Source: Treponemataceae bacterium
GTDB taxonomy: Bacteria > Spirochaetota > Spirochaetia > Treponematales > Rectinemataceae
Length of the DNA: 64,000 nt
NCBI GenBank assembly: GCA_963667725.2
Contig: CAXXHO010000003.1
Coordinates: 1,344,001-1,408,000, forward strand
Reading direction: 5' to 3'
A program made the position numbers and the translations under genes. The notes under the pieces are model-generated. The model did not search any database. It worked only from the letters and a program-made list of their open reading frames with translations, and was not told where the DNA came from. Shown piece by piece: positions 9,360 to 19,855 of this stretch. The number at the start of each line of letters is the position of its first letter. Position 1 is the first letter of the stretch.

Positions 9360-10178
9360 TCATCGGTCGATAAGAACCGTCCTCTGAAGGAAGGCCGCCC
9401 GATCTTCAACCTTGACGAGTAGTCTTTCCTCTCCGCTGAAAAACAGATGGATTCCCTCGGATAGAGAGGCCTTTTGCGCGCCCTCAGCCGAATCGATCCG
9501 GCAGAAAGGACTCTCGGGCCACCATCGCGTATCGCCGGGGAGAAGAAAGTCTCCCTCGGGGGCGGGGAAAACGCTTATCCTGAAAGACCCTTCCACGAGC
9601 AGCCCCGCTACCCTGTTAGGAGGGACTGACCAGGGATCCCTCCTTTTCGCTTCATTGATGGATTTCAGCTTTTCAAGAGGATAGACCCATGGATCATAGC
9701 CGTAGTTCTCAATTAAGCGTGCCGTGGCGGCGGCATAGCCGGATTCGAAACTGGCGCAGAGTCGATCGGGCGTCGACGACGGAAGCTCACTGCCGGAAGG
9801 CTCGAGATCGAAAGGGTAAAGGGCTCCGGCTGTTAGGAAGGTGATTGACCCTCGGGAGGGCAATGCGAAGATCGCCTGGGGATCTCCACGCCGCAAACGC
9901 AGGACGAGCGCCTCGCCTTCGCCCGCGAAGGCGAGGCGCTCCACGCCGCTCTCATCCTTCCAGGATACGGCATAGGACAAGGCGCCCATCCCCGACCAGG
10001 CAGCGGGACGCTCGGGCATTTCCACGATGACCGTGTGGACGAAAAGGTAGTCGAAGCCGCATGAAGCGCACAGCAGGACGCAGCCGAAAAATTCGAGAAA
10101 AGCGCGGAACCGACGGCACAATCTTCGCACCGGCACCCTCCACCCACCAAACGCCTGCGCGCCGGAATCCCGCTTCAA
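9360..10178 (-). CDS. hypothetical protein, possible lipoprotein
   Basis: 272-aa ORF overlapping the DUF4416 stop; LLCASC lipobox-like segment; start uncertain. Confidence 0.6.
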   Translation of the reverse strand: MKRDSGAQAFGGWRVPVRRLCRRFRAFLEFFGCVLLCASCGFDYLFVHTVIVEMPERPAAWSGMGALSYAVSWKDESGVERLAFAGEGEALVLRLRRGDPQAIFALPSRGSITFLTAGALYPFDLEPSGSELPSSTPDRLCASFESGYAAATARLIENYGYDPWVYPLEKLKSINEAKRRDPWSVPPNRVAGLLVEGSFRISVFPAPEGDFLLPGDTRWWPESPFCRIDSAEGAQKASLSEGIHLFFSGEERLLVKVEDRAAFLQRTVLIDR

Positions 10179-10699
10179 TTCATGTTAGCGAACATGCGTT
10201 TTCTCCATTGCCCAAGCATGGTTCTCACCGGCTCCGATGCCCAGTCGGGATAGGTCCAAGGCAGGGCGTGGAACTCCTTCTTCTCGAAGATTAGCGTCAG
10301 CTCGGCATAGATGCCCTCGCTGAGCGCGATCCTGTGGGCTCTGTCCTTCGTCGTCGCGAGGACGAATCTCCCCGGCGCGAGAAGGCCGGGATCCAGGTTG
10401 ACGCGTCGCCCGCCGCCATTTGCCGCGAAGCCCGCCTCGATGTCGTTGGTATCCGTCTTGATCGCGGCCAGGCTGGAAGGATCCACGAAATCCCTGAACT
10501 GGATGTAATAGCGCCAAATCGGTTCGCCCATTTCGCGGACATAGTAATCGGTCCATTTGAACTCTTGCCTTGGCGTCACGGTTTCGGCGGGACCGAAACG
10601 TCGCGCCAATGCCTCTAGAACGGCCTCTTCGATGCCGACATCGCTCAACAAGACCCCCGCGACGAGGATTTCCTTTCCAAACGCTCCGGACGTACCCAT
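10175..10699 (-). CDS. DUF4416 family protein
   Basis: TDYY..EMG, K..TN.IE, RRVNLDPG, LATTK...HRI...GIYAELTL, WTYPD. Confidence 0.88.
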   Translation of the reverse strand: MGTSGAFGKEILVAGVLLSDVGIEEAVLEALARRFGPAETVTPRQEFKWTDYYVREMGEPIWRYYIQFRDFVDPSSLAAIKTDTNDIEAGFAANGGGRRVNLDPGLLAPGRFVLATTKDRAHRIALSEGIYAELTLIFEKKEFHALPWTYPDWASEPVRTMLGQWRKRMFANMN

Positions 10700-10737
10700 A
10701 CAGTTGCCTTCCCTGCCATTTTATCGCATACTCGATC

Positions 10738-12393
10738 ATGATGAAAACCAAACTATTCGCCATGCTGCTGATGATGGTTCTGGCTCTCCCCGCATTATCG
10801 GCCCAGGATGAATCCCCCAAGGAATTCGTGACGATATTCGGCGACACGCTGCCTGAGTTCGACCCCCACCGTTCCATATACTCAACGGAAGCCCAGATAT
10901 TCACGGCCTTGTACGAAGGTCTTTTCTCCTATGACGGAGCCAGCCTCGAACCTCAGGCGGCCGCGGCCTCTTCCTGGAAAAAAACGAAAGACGGCATGGT
11001 CTACACCTTCCAGATTCGCCAGAACGCCAAATGGTCGGACGGCAGCCCCCTTCTCGCTTCCGATTTCAGGAATTCCTGGATGCGCATGCTCGATCTCAAC
11101 GGCCAGTACGCCACCTTTTTCGACATCATCGCGGGCGCCCGCGACTACAGACTCGAAAAAAGCCCGAATGCCGAAACCGTAGGCATACAGGCGACGGGAG
11201 ATAGGACGCTTGTCGTCACGCTGAACAGACCGGCCGCGTATTTGACGAGACTACTCTGCCATCACGCCTTCGCCCCCATTCACCCATCCATGCTGAAAGC
11301 CGAAAATTGGACCGAACGCATTCCCTTCCCCGTCAATGGCCCCTACCAGTTCAAGGCATCAGAAAAGGGCCGGATTTCGCTGGAAAAGAACCCCCAATAC
11401 TGGGACGAAAAATCCGTCTCCATTCCCATGCTGGCTTTCCTATTCAGCGATGACGACGAAACCGCTTCCAGAATGTTCAACAACGAAGAGGCCCACTGGC
11501 TCGCCGGACCAGGCGACTTCGATGCCATTCTGATGGAGGAAGCACTCCAGGTCAACCCGATTTTTTCCACCCATTACTGGTTCTTCAACTGCTCCGAGAC
11601 TCCCTGGAACCAGGCCTCCGTACGCAGGGCCATGGCCCTCCTCCTGCCTTGGAAAGAACTGCGCGATCCTTCGAAATACATGGTACCGGCGACAACCCTC
11701 GTCCTCCCCCTTCCCGGATACAGTCAGGCGAAAGGCATTGAAAACCAGGACAGGGACGAAGCCCTGAAGCTGCTCGAAGCCGCAGGGTATCCCGAGGGGA
11801 AAGGCCTTCCCGAGCTCAACATTTTCTTCGCGGAAAGCCAGGACAACAAGCGCCTGGCATTGCTCTTTCAGACCGCCTGGAAAGCCCTGCCCTCGTTGAA
11901 GGTCACCTTGGCGCCCGTCAGCCCGTCCAAATATTACGACATCATCACCGGCGATAAAAAAGCGAAAGGCATCACCCTCGCCCACACGACATGGATCGGC
12001 GATTTTGCCGATCCCGAAGCCTTCCTCCAGATGTGGACGCCGGATTCACCCCTCAACGACGCTGGATTCGCGGATACTGAATTCCAGGCCCTTCTCGCCA
12101 AATCCTACGACAAGGAAGGCAAGGAGCGAATGAGCCTTCTCGCCGAGGCCGAAACATACCTGCTGCAGAAAGCGGTTGTCCTTCCCATCTATCATAGTTT
12201 CGAGGCTTCGGTCATCGATATAGACTACATAGAGGGCTGGTACCAGAACGCCCTCAGCATTCATCCCTACAAATCCCTGAAATTCGGCAGCCCCAGCATC
12301 CAGCCCAACGTCGCGAGCGCGGAATCGGGTTCGGTCACGGTGGCCGCTTCGATGAAAGCTACCGCCGCTCAGGCGGCAAACCCGGCGCTTTGA
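10738..12393 (+). CDS. peptide ABC transporter substrate-binding protein (family 5, stand-alone)
   Basis: Signal peptide, LYEGL, YTFQIRQNAKWSDG, NGPY, WIGDFADP. Confidence 0.9.
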   Translation: MMKTKLFAMLLMMVLALPALSAQDESPKEFVTIFGDTLPEFDPHRSIYSTEAQIFTALYEGLFSYDGASLEPQAAAASSWKKTKDGMVYTFQIRQNAKWSDGSPLLASDFRNSWMRMLDLNGQYATFFDIIAGARDYRLEKSPNAETVGIQATGDRTLVVTLNRPAAYLTRLLCHHAFAPIHPSMLKAENWTERIPFPVNGPYQFKASEKGRISLEKNPQYWDEKSVSIPMLAFLFSDDDETASRMFNNEEAHWLAGPGDFDAILMEEALQVNPIFSTHYWFFNCSETPWNQASVRRAMALLLPWKELRDPSKYMVPATTLVLPLPGYSQAKGIENQDRDEALKLLEAAGYPEGKGLPELNIFFAESQDNKRLALLFQTAWKALPSLKVTLAPVSPSKYYDIITGDKKAKGITLAHTTWIGDFADPEAFLQMWTPDSPLNDAGFADTEFQALLAKSYDKEGKERMSLLAEAETYLLQKAVVLPIYHSFEASVIDIDYIEGWYQNALSIHPYKSLKFGSPSIQPNVASAESGSVTVAASMKATAAQAANPAL

Positions 12394-12407
12394 AAGGATA
12401 AACGTTG

Positions 12408-13523
12408 ATGGACATCGGCGAGACCGGACAGCTGCTGAGGAACTTGGGCTTCCCGCTTCTGAAAGTGCACACATCATATTCCCACCACGATTTCATAAGC
12501 CCAGCCAGACGCATTCTCGTCATTGGCCCCATGGGTTCGGGAAAGACCGAATTCACCGCCCGGGTCTGGCGCGACAGCAAGGTGGCGCTCAAGAAGAAAG
12601 GGCTCGCGGCGTCGCTTACTTCGAGCGGATCGGTCGACAGGCGGGAAGTCTTCGTCGTGCGGTCCAGCCTCGACAAGACTCGCTTCCCCGATTACCCGGA
12701 TGACGCGCTGGCTTTCCGAGGAGGCTTCGAGCGATGCGGTAAGCACATCGGGGCAGCCCGCGATTCTTTTCAGTTGGAGACCTTGCTCGCCGACAATCCC
12801 GAGATCGGTACATGGATTGTGGACGAAGCGGCATTCTTCGACGAGAGAATCGCCTATCTCATGGCGGACGAATCGCGGCGCCGAGACCTCTGCTTCATCT
12901 GCCCCACCCTCGTCCTCAATTTCAGAAGGGAAATCTTCAACCAGACGGCCAGACTCCTCCTCGAAAACGCGACCGATGTATTTCCCCTCACGGCCTACTG
13001 CGAACACGAAGATTGCCTCATGGACTCGCTTTATACCTACCGTTACTATCTCGTGGACGGGAAGGAATGCCCGGCCCTGTATTTCGACCCGCTCATCATC
13101 ATAGGCGGCGACAGGACGAAGTCTGACGGGCAGGAGCCTAATTACTGCACGCGCTGCGACGAGCATCATTATCTGCCGGGCAAGGAATACACCTTTTTCA
13201 CGCTCAAGCCCCTGGGCGAACAGGCCGCGAGAGGAAATATCGCCCCCCTGCTGGCCGAACTCAACGCGCTGGCCGGCAATATCGAACAATCGCGGCTGCA
13301 TTCCTCGCTGAAAAACCGCTATATCGAGTGCAATTCGCCCTGTACCATCCAGATGAACTCGCTCCTCGTCCCCTGCATAGCCGAACGAGCCATCGTGTAT
13401 CTTTACGCCGAGCAGAACCTCCTTTCGGCGGAACAGGTTCGCTATCTCGTGGAAGGGCTCGCCCTGGACAGGGACTACCTTTCCAGGCGGCTTTCCGACA
13501 ACAGAAGGCCGCTGGAGCTTTAG
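12408..13523 (+). CDS. tdk: thymidine kinase, long spirochaete type
   Basis: IGPMGSGKT Walker A, IVDEAAF Walker B, LNFRRE.F, Zn-site cysteines (YCEHEDC, YCTRC). Confidence 0.85.
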   Translation: MDIGETGQLLRNLGFPLLKVHTSYSHHDFISPARRILVIGPMGSGKTEFTARVWRDSKVALKKKGLAASLTSSGSVDRREVFVVRSSLDKTRFPDYPDDALAFRGGFERCGKHIGAARDSFQLETLLADNPEIGTWIVDEAAFFDERIAYLMADESRRRDLCFICPTLVLNFRREIFNQTARLLLENATDVFPLTAYCEHEDCLMDSLYTYRYYLVDGKECPALYFDPLIIIGGDRTKSDGQEPNYCTRCDEHHYLPGKEYTFFTLKPLGEQAARGNIAPLLAELNALAGNIEQSRLHSSLKNRYIECNSPCTIQMNSLLVPCIAERAIVYLYAEQNLLSAEQVRYLVEGLALDRDYLSRRLSDNRRPLEL

Positions 13524-13555
13524 GCTTTCGCGGCGCCGACAAGGAAGGCGCGACA

Positions 13556-14806
13556 ATGACGATTCCCTTCAAGGATTTACCCCGGTCGATATGGGCGCTT
13601 TTCGCCGTGCGGCTCGTGATAGCCGCCGGCAATTTCATCTTCCCCTTCCTTACCCTAATCCTGACGACGAGGCTGGGCTGGTCCTCGGAAAAAGCCGGTA
13701 TTTTCCTCACCGTCATGCACGCGGCGGCGCTACCGGGCGTTTTCCTTGGCGGCAGGCTCAGCGATATTGTCGGAAGGAAGAAAATCATCCTGATTTGCCA
13801 GGGCACGGCAGTCATCCTTTTCTCCACCAGCCTCGCGATTGGATTCAAGCCAATTCTTCCCTTTCTCATCGCCGGAGCTTCCATCGTCCTCAGCATGACC
13901 TGGCCGGTGATAAACGCCCTCGTGGCCGACATGGTTCCCGATCCTGCCACCAGGAAATCCGCCTACGCGATGCTCTATTGGGGCAACAACATAGGATTTT
14001 CCCTGGGTCCTCTCGCCGCCGGCTTCCTCTTCCACAGGGCTCCGGGGCTCATGTTTCTCGGTAACGGCTGCGCCCTCTGCGCTTCCATTTTCATAATGAT
14101 AAAATTCATTCCTGAAACAGGCTTGATCGTCCAGGCGGCGGAAGCCGCTGTCGGCGGAACGGCCACCGACGCGGAAGCTTCTCACTCAGGAAGCTTGTTT
14201 ACCGTCCTCAAGGAAAGACCCACCATCGTCATGTTCGCCCTCGTCGTGGCTGTGATGAATTTCGTCTATAACCAGAACGGGTTCAGCCTTCCTCTCTATC
14301 TCAACGATATGCTCGGGGACAGAGGCGCGGAGATTTACGGATCGGCAATGACAGTGAACGGCATCACCGTCGTATTCTGTACGCTTTTATTGTCCAGGCT
14401 GATGTCGAGGACGCCCGTATTGGTCATCATGGCCGCGGCCAGCCTGCTCTACGCGATCGGCTTCGGAATCCTTTCGTTCCCGCCCAGCTTTCTTCTCGTC
14501 ATCGTCTCCACCGTGATATGGACATGGGGAGAAATACTCTCCGCCACCAACATCAATGTCTATGTCGCGTCCAGGACTCCGGCGAGCCACAGGGGGCGGG
14601 TCAATTCGGCGGTGACGGTCATCACCAACCTGGGTTCGCTCTCCTCCCCTCTCATCTCTGGCGCGATAATCCACAGAGGCGGCACCGCATCCATATGGCC
14701 TATCGCCTTTTTCATCGGCATAGGAGCGGCCGCGCTCATGATTGGGCTGGGAGCCTATGAGAGATCCCGGGGTCCCGCGGCGCCCTCGGCCAGAACTGAG
14801 CTATGA
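13556..14806 (+). CDS. MFS transporter
   Basis: GGRLSDIVGRK motif A; about 12 hydrophobic segments. Confidence 0.9.
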   Translation: MTIPFKDLPRSIWALFAVRLVIAAGNFIFPFLTLILTTRLGWSSEKAGIFLTVMHAAALPGVFLGGRLSDIVGRKKIILICQGTAVILFSTSLAIGFKPILPFLIAGASIVLSMTWPVINALVADMVPDPATRKSAYAMLYWGNNIGFSLGPLAAGFLFHRAPGLMFLGNGCALCASIFIMIKFIPETGLIVQAAEAAVGGTATDAEASHSGSLFTVLKERPTIVMFALVVAVMNFVYNQNGFSLPLYLNDMLGDRGAEIYGSAMTVNGITVVFCTLLLSRLMSRTPVLVIMAAASLLYAIGFGILSFPPSFLLVIVSTVIWTWGEILSATNINVYVASRTPASHRGRVNSAVTVITNLGSLSSPLISGAIIHRGGTASIWPIAFFIGIGAAALMIGLGAYERSRGPAAPSARTEL

Positions 14807-14849
14807 TCGACATGTCGAAGAAAGGCTATTAATTCAGGAGAGGAGCTGC

Positions 14850-16052
14850 CTAGTTCAGGAAAGAGGCGGCCTTATCGGCGAAGCCTTCCGCGTCCGATGC
14901 GGACTGGAAGACAGCCCTGAAGTTGCCGAGTCCGCCGCCGCCCCTTCCCCCAAATTCCTGGAGCATCGGCTTCAGCGCCACGCCGAGCGCGATGGGCTTA
15001 TCCGGCTGGCTGGAGGATCGCATGATGCAGACGGTCCTGTCGGGCATCGACAGGGCGATGACGGAAAAGCCGCGAGCCACGCCTGCCTTGACCGTTTCCA
15101 TGGCGGTATCGGCCTCCCTGTCGTCATAGCTGAAACGAAGGAGCCTGCCGCTGGCAAAGGCTGAAGACTGAAGCGCCAGATCGATTTCCATGCCTGCCCT
15201 TTCGCGGATAAGGAGGTTTCTTTCGCCTTCTAAAAGCCCGGCGCGACGCATCGTCAACGCAAGCTTGGCGGGGGATTCCTCGAGCGACGTTCCCAACTGC
15301 CCCGCAACATCCTTGAGCGCGTCAAAATGCCTCCCGAGGAGGGCGACGGCCCTATCGCCTGCGACAAAATAAATTCTCGTGTTGCCCTTGTATCTTTCCG
15401 TATACAGAATCTTGAAGACACGAAGCGCCGAAGCGGAAGCTACGTGGGTTCCGCAGCAGGCTACCCAGTCGTAGCCGTCGATCTCGACGATGGTGATTTT
15501 TTCTTCGCCGGCGGGCAGTTTTTTGCGAATCGGGAAGGAATACGCGTCCTCAGGCGGACAGCAATGAACGATATAGGGGCGGTCGCCGACGATGAAACTT
15601 TCAGCGGCCTTCTCGATGCTTTCGATCATGGACGCGTCCATCGAGTCGCGGGACACATCGATGGTGCTGTAGGCGGCGCCGAGATGGAAACCGATCGTGT
15701 GCGCGCCGTGCTCTCGTTCGAGTATGGCCGAAAGAAGGTGCTGTCCGGAATGCTGCTGGCTGTGGTCGCGCCGCCTCGCGGCATCAATGCTCATCGTCAC
15801 CATATCGCCCACCGCGAAGGGAAGCTCGCCCTCGATCCGGTGAAGCACGACCGATTCCTCTTCCGCGACGCTGGCGACCGCCATTCCCCCCAGGCTGCCC
15901 AGATCGCATGGCTGGCCCCCGCCCTCAGGGTAGAAAATAGTGCGGTCCAGGATTACATCCTTGGCCGAACCGAAATCGCGTATCTCCAGGACTTTAGCTT
16001 CGCCGCTCACCGCCGAAGGATGGAGATAGAATTCCTTGACGGTTTCAGACAT
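14850..16052 (-). CDS. alanyl-tRNA editing protein (AlaX-L, with DHHA1 tail)
   Basis: FYPEGGGQP.D, HSGQH, CCGTH, GGRGGG. Confidence 0.9.
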   Translation of the reverse strand: MSETVKEFYLHPSAVSGEAKVLEIRDFGSAKDVILDRTIFYPEGGGQPCDLGSLGGMAVASVAEEESVVLHRIEGELPFAVGDMVTMSIDAARRRDHSQQHSGQHLLSAILEREHGAHTIGFHLGAAYSTIDVSRDSMDASMIESIEKAAESFIVGDRPYIVHCCPPEDAYSFPIRKKLPAGEEKITIVEIDGYDWVACCGTHVASASALRVFKILYTERYKGNTRIYFVAGDRAVALLGRHFDALKDVAGQLGTSLEESPAKLALTMRRAGLLEGERNLLIRERAGMEIDLALQSSAFASGRLLRFSYDDREADTAMETVKAGVARGFSVIALSMPDRTVCIMRSSSQPDKPIALGVALKPMLQEFGGRGGGGLGNFRAVFQSASDAEGFADKAASFLN

Positions 16053-18963
16053 CGGCAGACTCTTTCTTCGCGCCTGGCGGCGGGGGCAGTTCTCTTCCCG
16101 CCTCGAACTCCACATCCTCGTCCTCGATCTTTTCCGCGGAGGGCAGAATGACGAGGGAAGCCTCTCCGGCCTGATGATGTTCGAGCTTGACGGCGATGGC
16201 CTTCGTTATGCCCGATTCCTCCATCGTGACGCCAAGGAGGGTATCGGCGCCGCTCACCGTCTTCTTGTTGTGCGAAATCACGATGAACTGGCTCGTCCGG
16301 GAAAATTCGCGCAGCAGGTTGATGAAGCGTATAACGTTGGCCTCGTCGAGGGCGGCGTCTATTTCGTCCAGGAAACAGAAGGGCGAAGGCTTGACCATGT
16401 AAGTGGCGAAGAGGAGAGCGATGGCCGTGAGCGTCTTTTCGCCGCCCGACAGAAGGGAAATGGCTTCCAGTTTCTTTCCAGGAGGCTGGGCGAGAATCTC
16501 GATGCCCGACTCGAGTATGTAGTCGGGGTCGGAGAGCCGCAGCTCGGCTCTTCCCCCTCCGAAAAGCCTCCTGAACATATTGTGGAAATTCTTTTTTATC
16601 TTGTTGTAAGTCTCGAGGAAAAGCTCGGCGCTTTCGTTGCGTATCTCGTCGGTGATCTGCCGGAGATCGTCCCTGGCCTTCTGAAGGTCGGCCATCTGCG
16701 CGGAGAGGAAATCGTAGCGTTCCTTGACTTCCTTATACTCCTCAGGCGCCATGAGGTTGACCGATCCCAGGTCCTTGAGCTTGCCGCGATAGGCGGAAAG
16801 CTCGTCGCGCAACGTCGAAAGAGGCGTCCGCAGTTCGAACATCCTCTCCTCGAATTCGGACAGGTCGCGCGAATAAAGCTCGAGGAAGTTCTCGCGTATA
16901 TTCTTGATCTCCGTCTCGCTCTGGGCGATCGAGAGATGGATAGTCTCCAGTTCCGTCTGGACCGACTGCATCTTGTCGGCGAGACGCATCGAATCCTTTT
17001 TCCTCTGAACGAGATCGGAGTTCTTGAAGGCGATCCCCTTTTCGAGGGAGTCCATCTCCATGGCGAGCTTCTTGCCCTTCGCCTCGAATTCCGCCAGCTC
17101 AGAGTCGATTTCGCCGAGTTCCTCGTCCAGTTCGCCAAGCCTGCGGGATTCGGAAAAAATTTCCGTTTCCTGCTCACGCAGCGTCGCTTCCTGGCCGGCG
17201 ATCTCCCTTCTGAACACGGCGATGGCTTCTTGAGCGCCAGACATCTGCGTCTGAAGTTTGGTTTTCCCGAGACGCGCCTCTTCCAGGGTGCGGCGATACG
17301 CGTCGATCCTGACGGCGAGCTCCTTGTTCTCCGCGCCGAGCTCATCGATCGTAGCCTTGTGCGTCCCGATCTTATCCAGGCATTGGGCGATGGACGTATC
17401 GACCGCTCTCTTCTTCGTTATTATACCTTCGGGCGAGAGGAATTCGTCCAGGAATGAGGGGGTCGTCTTCTTGTAGATGGAAAACTTCTCGGTCAATTCG
17501 GCGAGCGACTGTGAGGCTCCGCTCAGGTCCTCGACAACCTTGAGCACGGTGGCCACGAAATCGCCCGCGCTTTTTCCCTCATAGGTCATGGAACGCTTGA
17601 CGTCGGACAGGAGGGTCGCCCGGCTTTCGAAGCGCGTCTTGATCCTGTCTATGAGAGCCTGGATTTCCGATTCCAGGGAATGTCTTTCGGCCGACGAATA
17701 TCCAATTTCCTTGAGGCGGGAATCGAGTTGCTGGACGATCGCCTCGGTTATGTCATCCAGGGCAAGGCGCGCGGCGGCGATTTCTTCCTCGATGCGCTGA
17801 ATCGAGACGCCGCACTTGGCCGCTTCCTCGTCGTTGCTTCGCAGGGCCAGGCTCGCCGCCTTTATGCCGGACTCGAACTCCTCGATGTGTTTCTCTGTCT
17901 CCTTGAGGCGGGTCTTGTAATCGGAAAGTTCACCTTCTTTGTCGGCTTCTTCGTCGCGGAGAGCGGCTATCTTGTCCTTAATGCTTTTGGATCTGAGTTC
18001 GAGCTGTTCGATCTTGGATTTGATCTCGCGGATCCTGTCCACGATGAGGCTCTTGTGTTTTTCCGCGCCGTTTTTCTCCACGGCCAGGCCGTAGAGGTTC
18101 TTCTGCATCTCCACGAGCCGCGACTCCATCTCGTTGACGAGATCCAGACTCTCGGACATGGAGGCGGTGAGGGCCTCAGATTCAGCCTTGATCTTCTCCC
18201 TTTCCTGTTTCTTGGCGGCGAATTCCTCGTCCCTCTTGTCCTTGTCGCGTATGAACTGCCGCAGGCGAAGAAGGTAAACATCCTTTTCCACCTCGAAGAT
18301 CTTGTCCTTGAGCACGCGGAACGAGACGGTCTTTTCGGCCTGGTGCTTGAGAGAGTCATGGGAGCGTTTGACCTCGGCGAGGACTGCCTCGATCTGTTTC
18401 ATGTTCTCTTCGGTGCGTTCAAGCTTCGATTCGGCTTCCCTGACCCTCACCTTATGCTTGGTGATGCCGGCGGCTTCCTCGAAGAGATAGCGCCTGTCCT
18501 CAGGTTTGGAGGAGAGGATCTGATCGATCTTGCCCTGTTCCATCACCGAATAGGCGGATTTTCCGATGCCCGTGTCCCAGAAAAGCTCACGGACTTCCTT
18601 GAGCTTGGCGAGTTTGCCGTTGATATAGTATTCGCTCTCGCCGGATCGGTAGAGACGTCGCTTGATGGCTACTTCGGGTACATCCAGAGGGAGTGTCCCC
18701 GTTTCGTTCGAGATGGTTATGGTTACTTCCGCCACTGAGAGCGGCTTTCTGCTTTCGGTTCCATTGAAGATGATGTCTTCCATGGTTTCCGCCCGCAGGC
18801 TCCTGGCCGACTGTTCGCCCACTACCCATTTTATGGCGTCGACAACATTGGACTTGCCGCAGCCATTGGGACCCAGGAGCGCGGATATGCCGTCGGAAAA
18901 TTCTATCTTCGTGCGATCCGCGAAGGATTTGAAACCGAAAATTTCAAGGCTTTTTAGAAACAA
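16045..18963 (-). CDS. smc: SMC chromosome segregation ATPase (short, 972 aa)
   Basis: GFKSF, GPNGCGKSN, QG.I, LLSGGEK, LDEIDAALD, ISH; long coiled coils. Confidence 0.93.
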   Translation of the reverse strand: MFLKSLEIFGFKSFADRTKIEFSDGISALLGPNGCGKSNVVDAIKWVVGEQSARSLRAETMEDIIFNGTESRKPLSVAEVTITISNETGTLPLDVPEVAIKRRLYRSGESEYYINGKLAKLKEVRELFWDTGIGKSAYSVMEQGKIDQILSSKPEDRRYLFEEAAGITKHKVRVREAESKLERTEENMKQIEAVLAEVKRSHDSLKHQAEKTVSFRVLKDKIFEVEKDVYLLRLRQFIRDKDKRDEEFAAKKQEREKIKAESEALTASMSESLDLVNEMESRLVEMQKNLYGLAVEKNGAEKHKSLIVDRIREIKSKIEQLELRSKSIKDKIAALRDEEADKEGELSDYKTRLKETEKHIEEFESGIKAASLALRSNDEEAAKCGVSIQRIEEEIAAARLALDDITEAIVQQLDSRLKEIGYSSAERHSLESEIQALIDRIKTRFESRATLLSDVKRSMTYEGKSAGDFVATVLKVVEDLSGASQSLAELTEKFSIYKKTTPSFLDEFLSPEGIITKKRAVDTSIAQCLDKIGTHKATIDELGAENKELAVRIDAYRRTLEEARLGKTKLQTQMSGAQEAIAVFRREIAGQEATLREQETEIFSESRRLGELDEELGEIDSELAEFEAKGKKLAMEMDSLEKGIAFKNSDLVQRKKDSMRLADKMQSVQTELETIHLSIAQSETEIKNIRENFLELYSRDLSEFEERMFELRTPLSTLRDELSAYRGKLKDLGSVNLMAPEEYKEVKERYDFLSAQMADLQKARDDLRQITDEIRNESAELFLETYNKIKKNFHNMFRRLFGGGRAELRLSDPDYILESGIEILAQPPGKKLEAISLLSGGEKTLTAIALLFATYMVKPSPFCFLDEIDAALDEANVIRFINLLREFSRTSQFIVISHNKKTVSGADTLLGVTMEESGITKAIAVKLEHHQAGEASLVILPSAEKIEDEDVEFEAGRELPPPPGAKKESADV

Positions 18964-19045
18964 CGCTGATTCCTTTGCTAGGTTTTGCCTCTTTCAAGAC
19001 TATCATGCATGGCCGGGAAACCGCAAGACAATGCCCTTATCGGCT

Positions 19046-19094
19046 AAAAAAAGCCTTCCGTTTCCACGACCCAAGGGTCGGAAAGCCGGAAGGC
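19046..19094 (-). terminator. terminator after the HTH-EIIA gene
   Basis: GCCTTCCG...CGGAAGGC stem followed by T7 on the minus strand. Confidence 0.7.
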
Positions 19095-19119
19095 CGATTG
19101 TCAGTTTCGGGTTATTGTC

Positions 19120-19773
19120 TTACTCGTCCTGCTTGATAAGGAGATCGTAGACTTCCTGGGGCGTGGAGCAGGCGAGGAGCGAGTCCCTGAGCTCCGCGGC
19201 CTTGAGGCGCGCCGAGAAGAAGGAGAGTGTCTGAAGGTAGTACGCATGCTGGTTGTAGGCGGCGGCGATCATGAAAAGAAGCCGCACGGGGACATCGTCG
19301 AGGGACTGGAAGTCCGTTATGTCGCATTTGGACACGCCTACCGAAACGACGAGGTCGGTGACCGAAGAAAGGCGGACATGGGGGATGGCGATACCTCTGC
19401 CGATGGCCGTACTCATCAGATCCTCGCGCCTTAAGATTTCGGCGATCAAGTCCTGCTTGTTCTTGATCTGGGGGGCCGTGGAAAGATTCTCGGCGAGCGC
19501 GATGAGGGCGTCGCGTTTCTTGGTATAATTCAGGAACAGCACTCTATTGGGGGCAATGATATTCTGAATCTGGATGGAACCGATGAGTCCAGCCGGCCGG
19601 TTGGAGGAGAGCCTTTCATTCACCCATCGTTCGATGTCGCTTTTTTTGAATCTCCAGACCGTGCCGATCTTGCCTGAAGGTATCTCGCCCTTCTGCGCCC
19701 AGTCGTAAACAGTTCTTTCTGATACGCGGAGGTACCTGGCAACCTCTTCAATGGTCAGGATGTCATCATCCAT
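19120..19773 (-). CDS. excisionase-like HTH fused to a PTS EIIA (Ntr/Fru-type) domain
   Basis: LTIEEVARYLRVSERTVY...KIGTVWRF plus RE..MSTAIG.GIAIPH. Confidence 0.9.
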   Translation of the reverse strand: MDDDILTIEEVARYLRVSERTVYDWAQKGEIPSGKIGTVWRFKKSDIERWVNERLSSNRPAGLIGSIQIQNIIAPNRVLFLNYTKKRDALIALAENLSTAPQIKNKQDLIAEILRREDLMSTAIGRGIAIPHVRLSSVTDLVVSVGVSKCDITDFQSLDDVPVRLLFMIAAAYNQHAYYLQTLSFFSARLKAAELRDSLLACSTPQEVYDLLIKQDE

Positions 19774-19855
19774 GCGAAAAACCCCCTATCTTTAGAATCT
19801 GATACCATATTATTGAATCCATTGACACCTTCTGTCAAGTAATACATTTAGATTT

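Noticed and set aside
16045..18963. SMC as a Wadjet/MksBEF or other defence ATPase
   Set aside because: Housekeeping Smc head motifs and context; no jetABD/mksEFG-like neighbours
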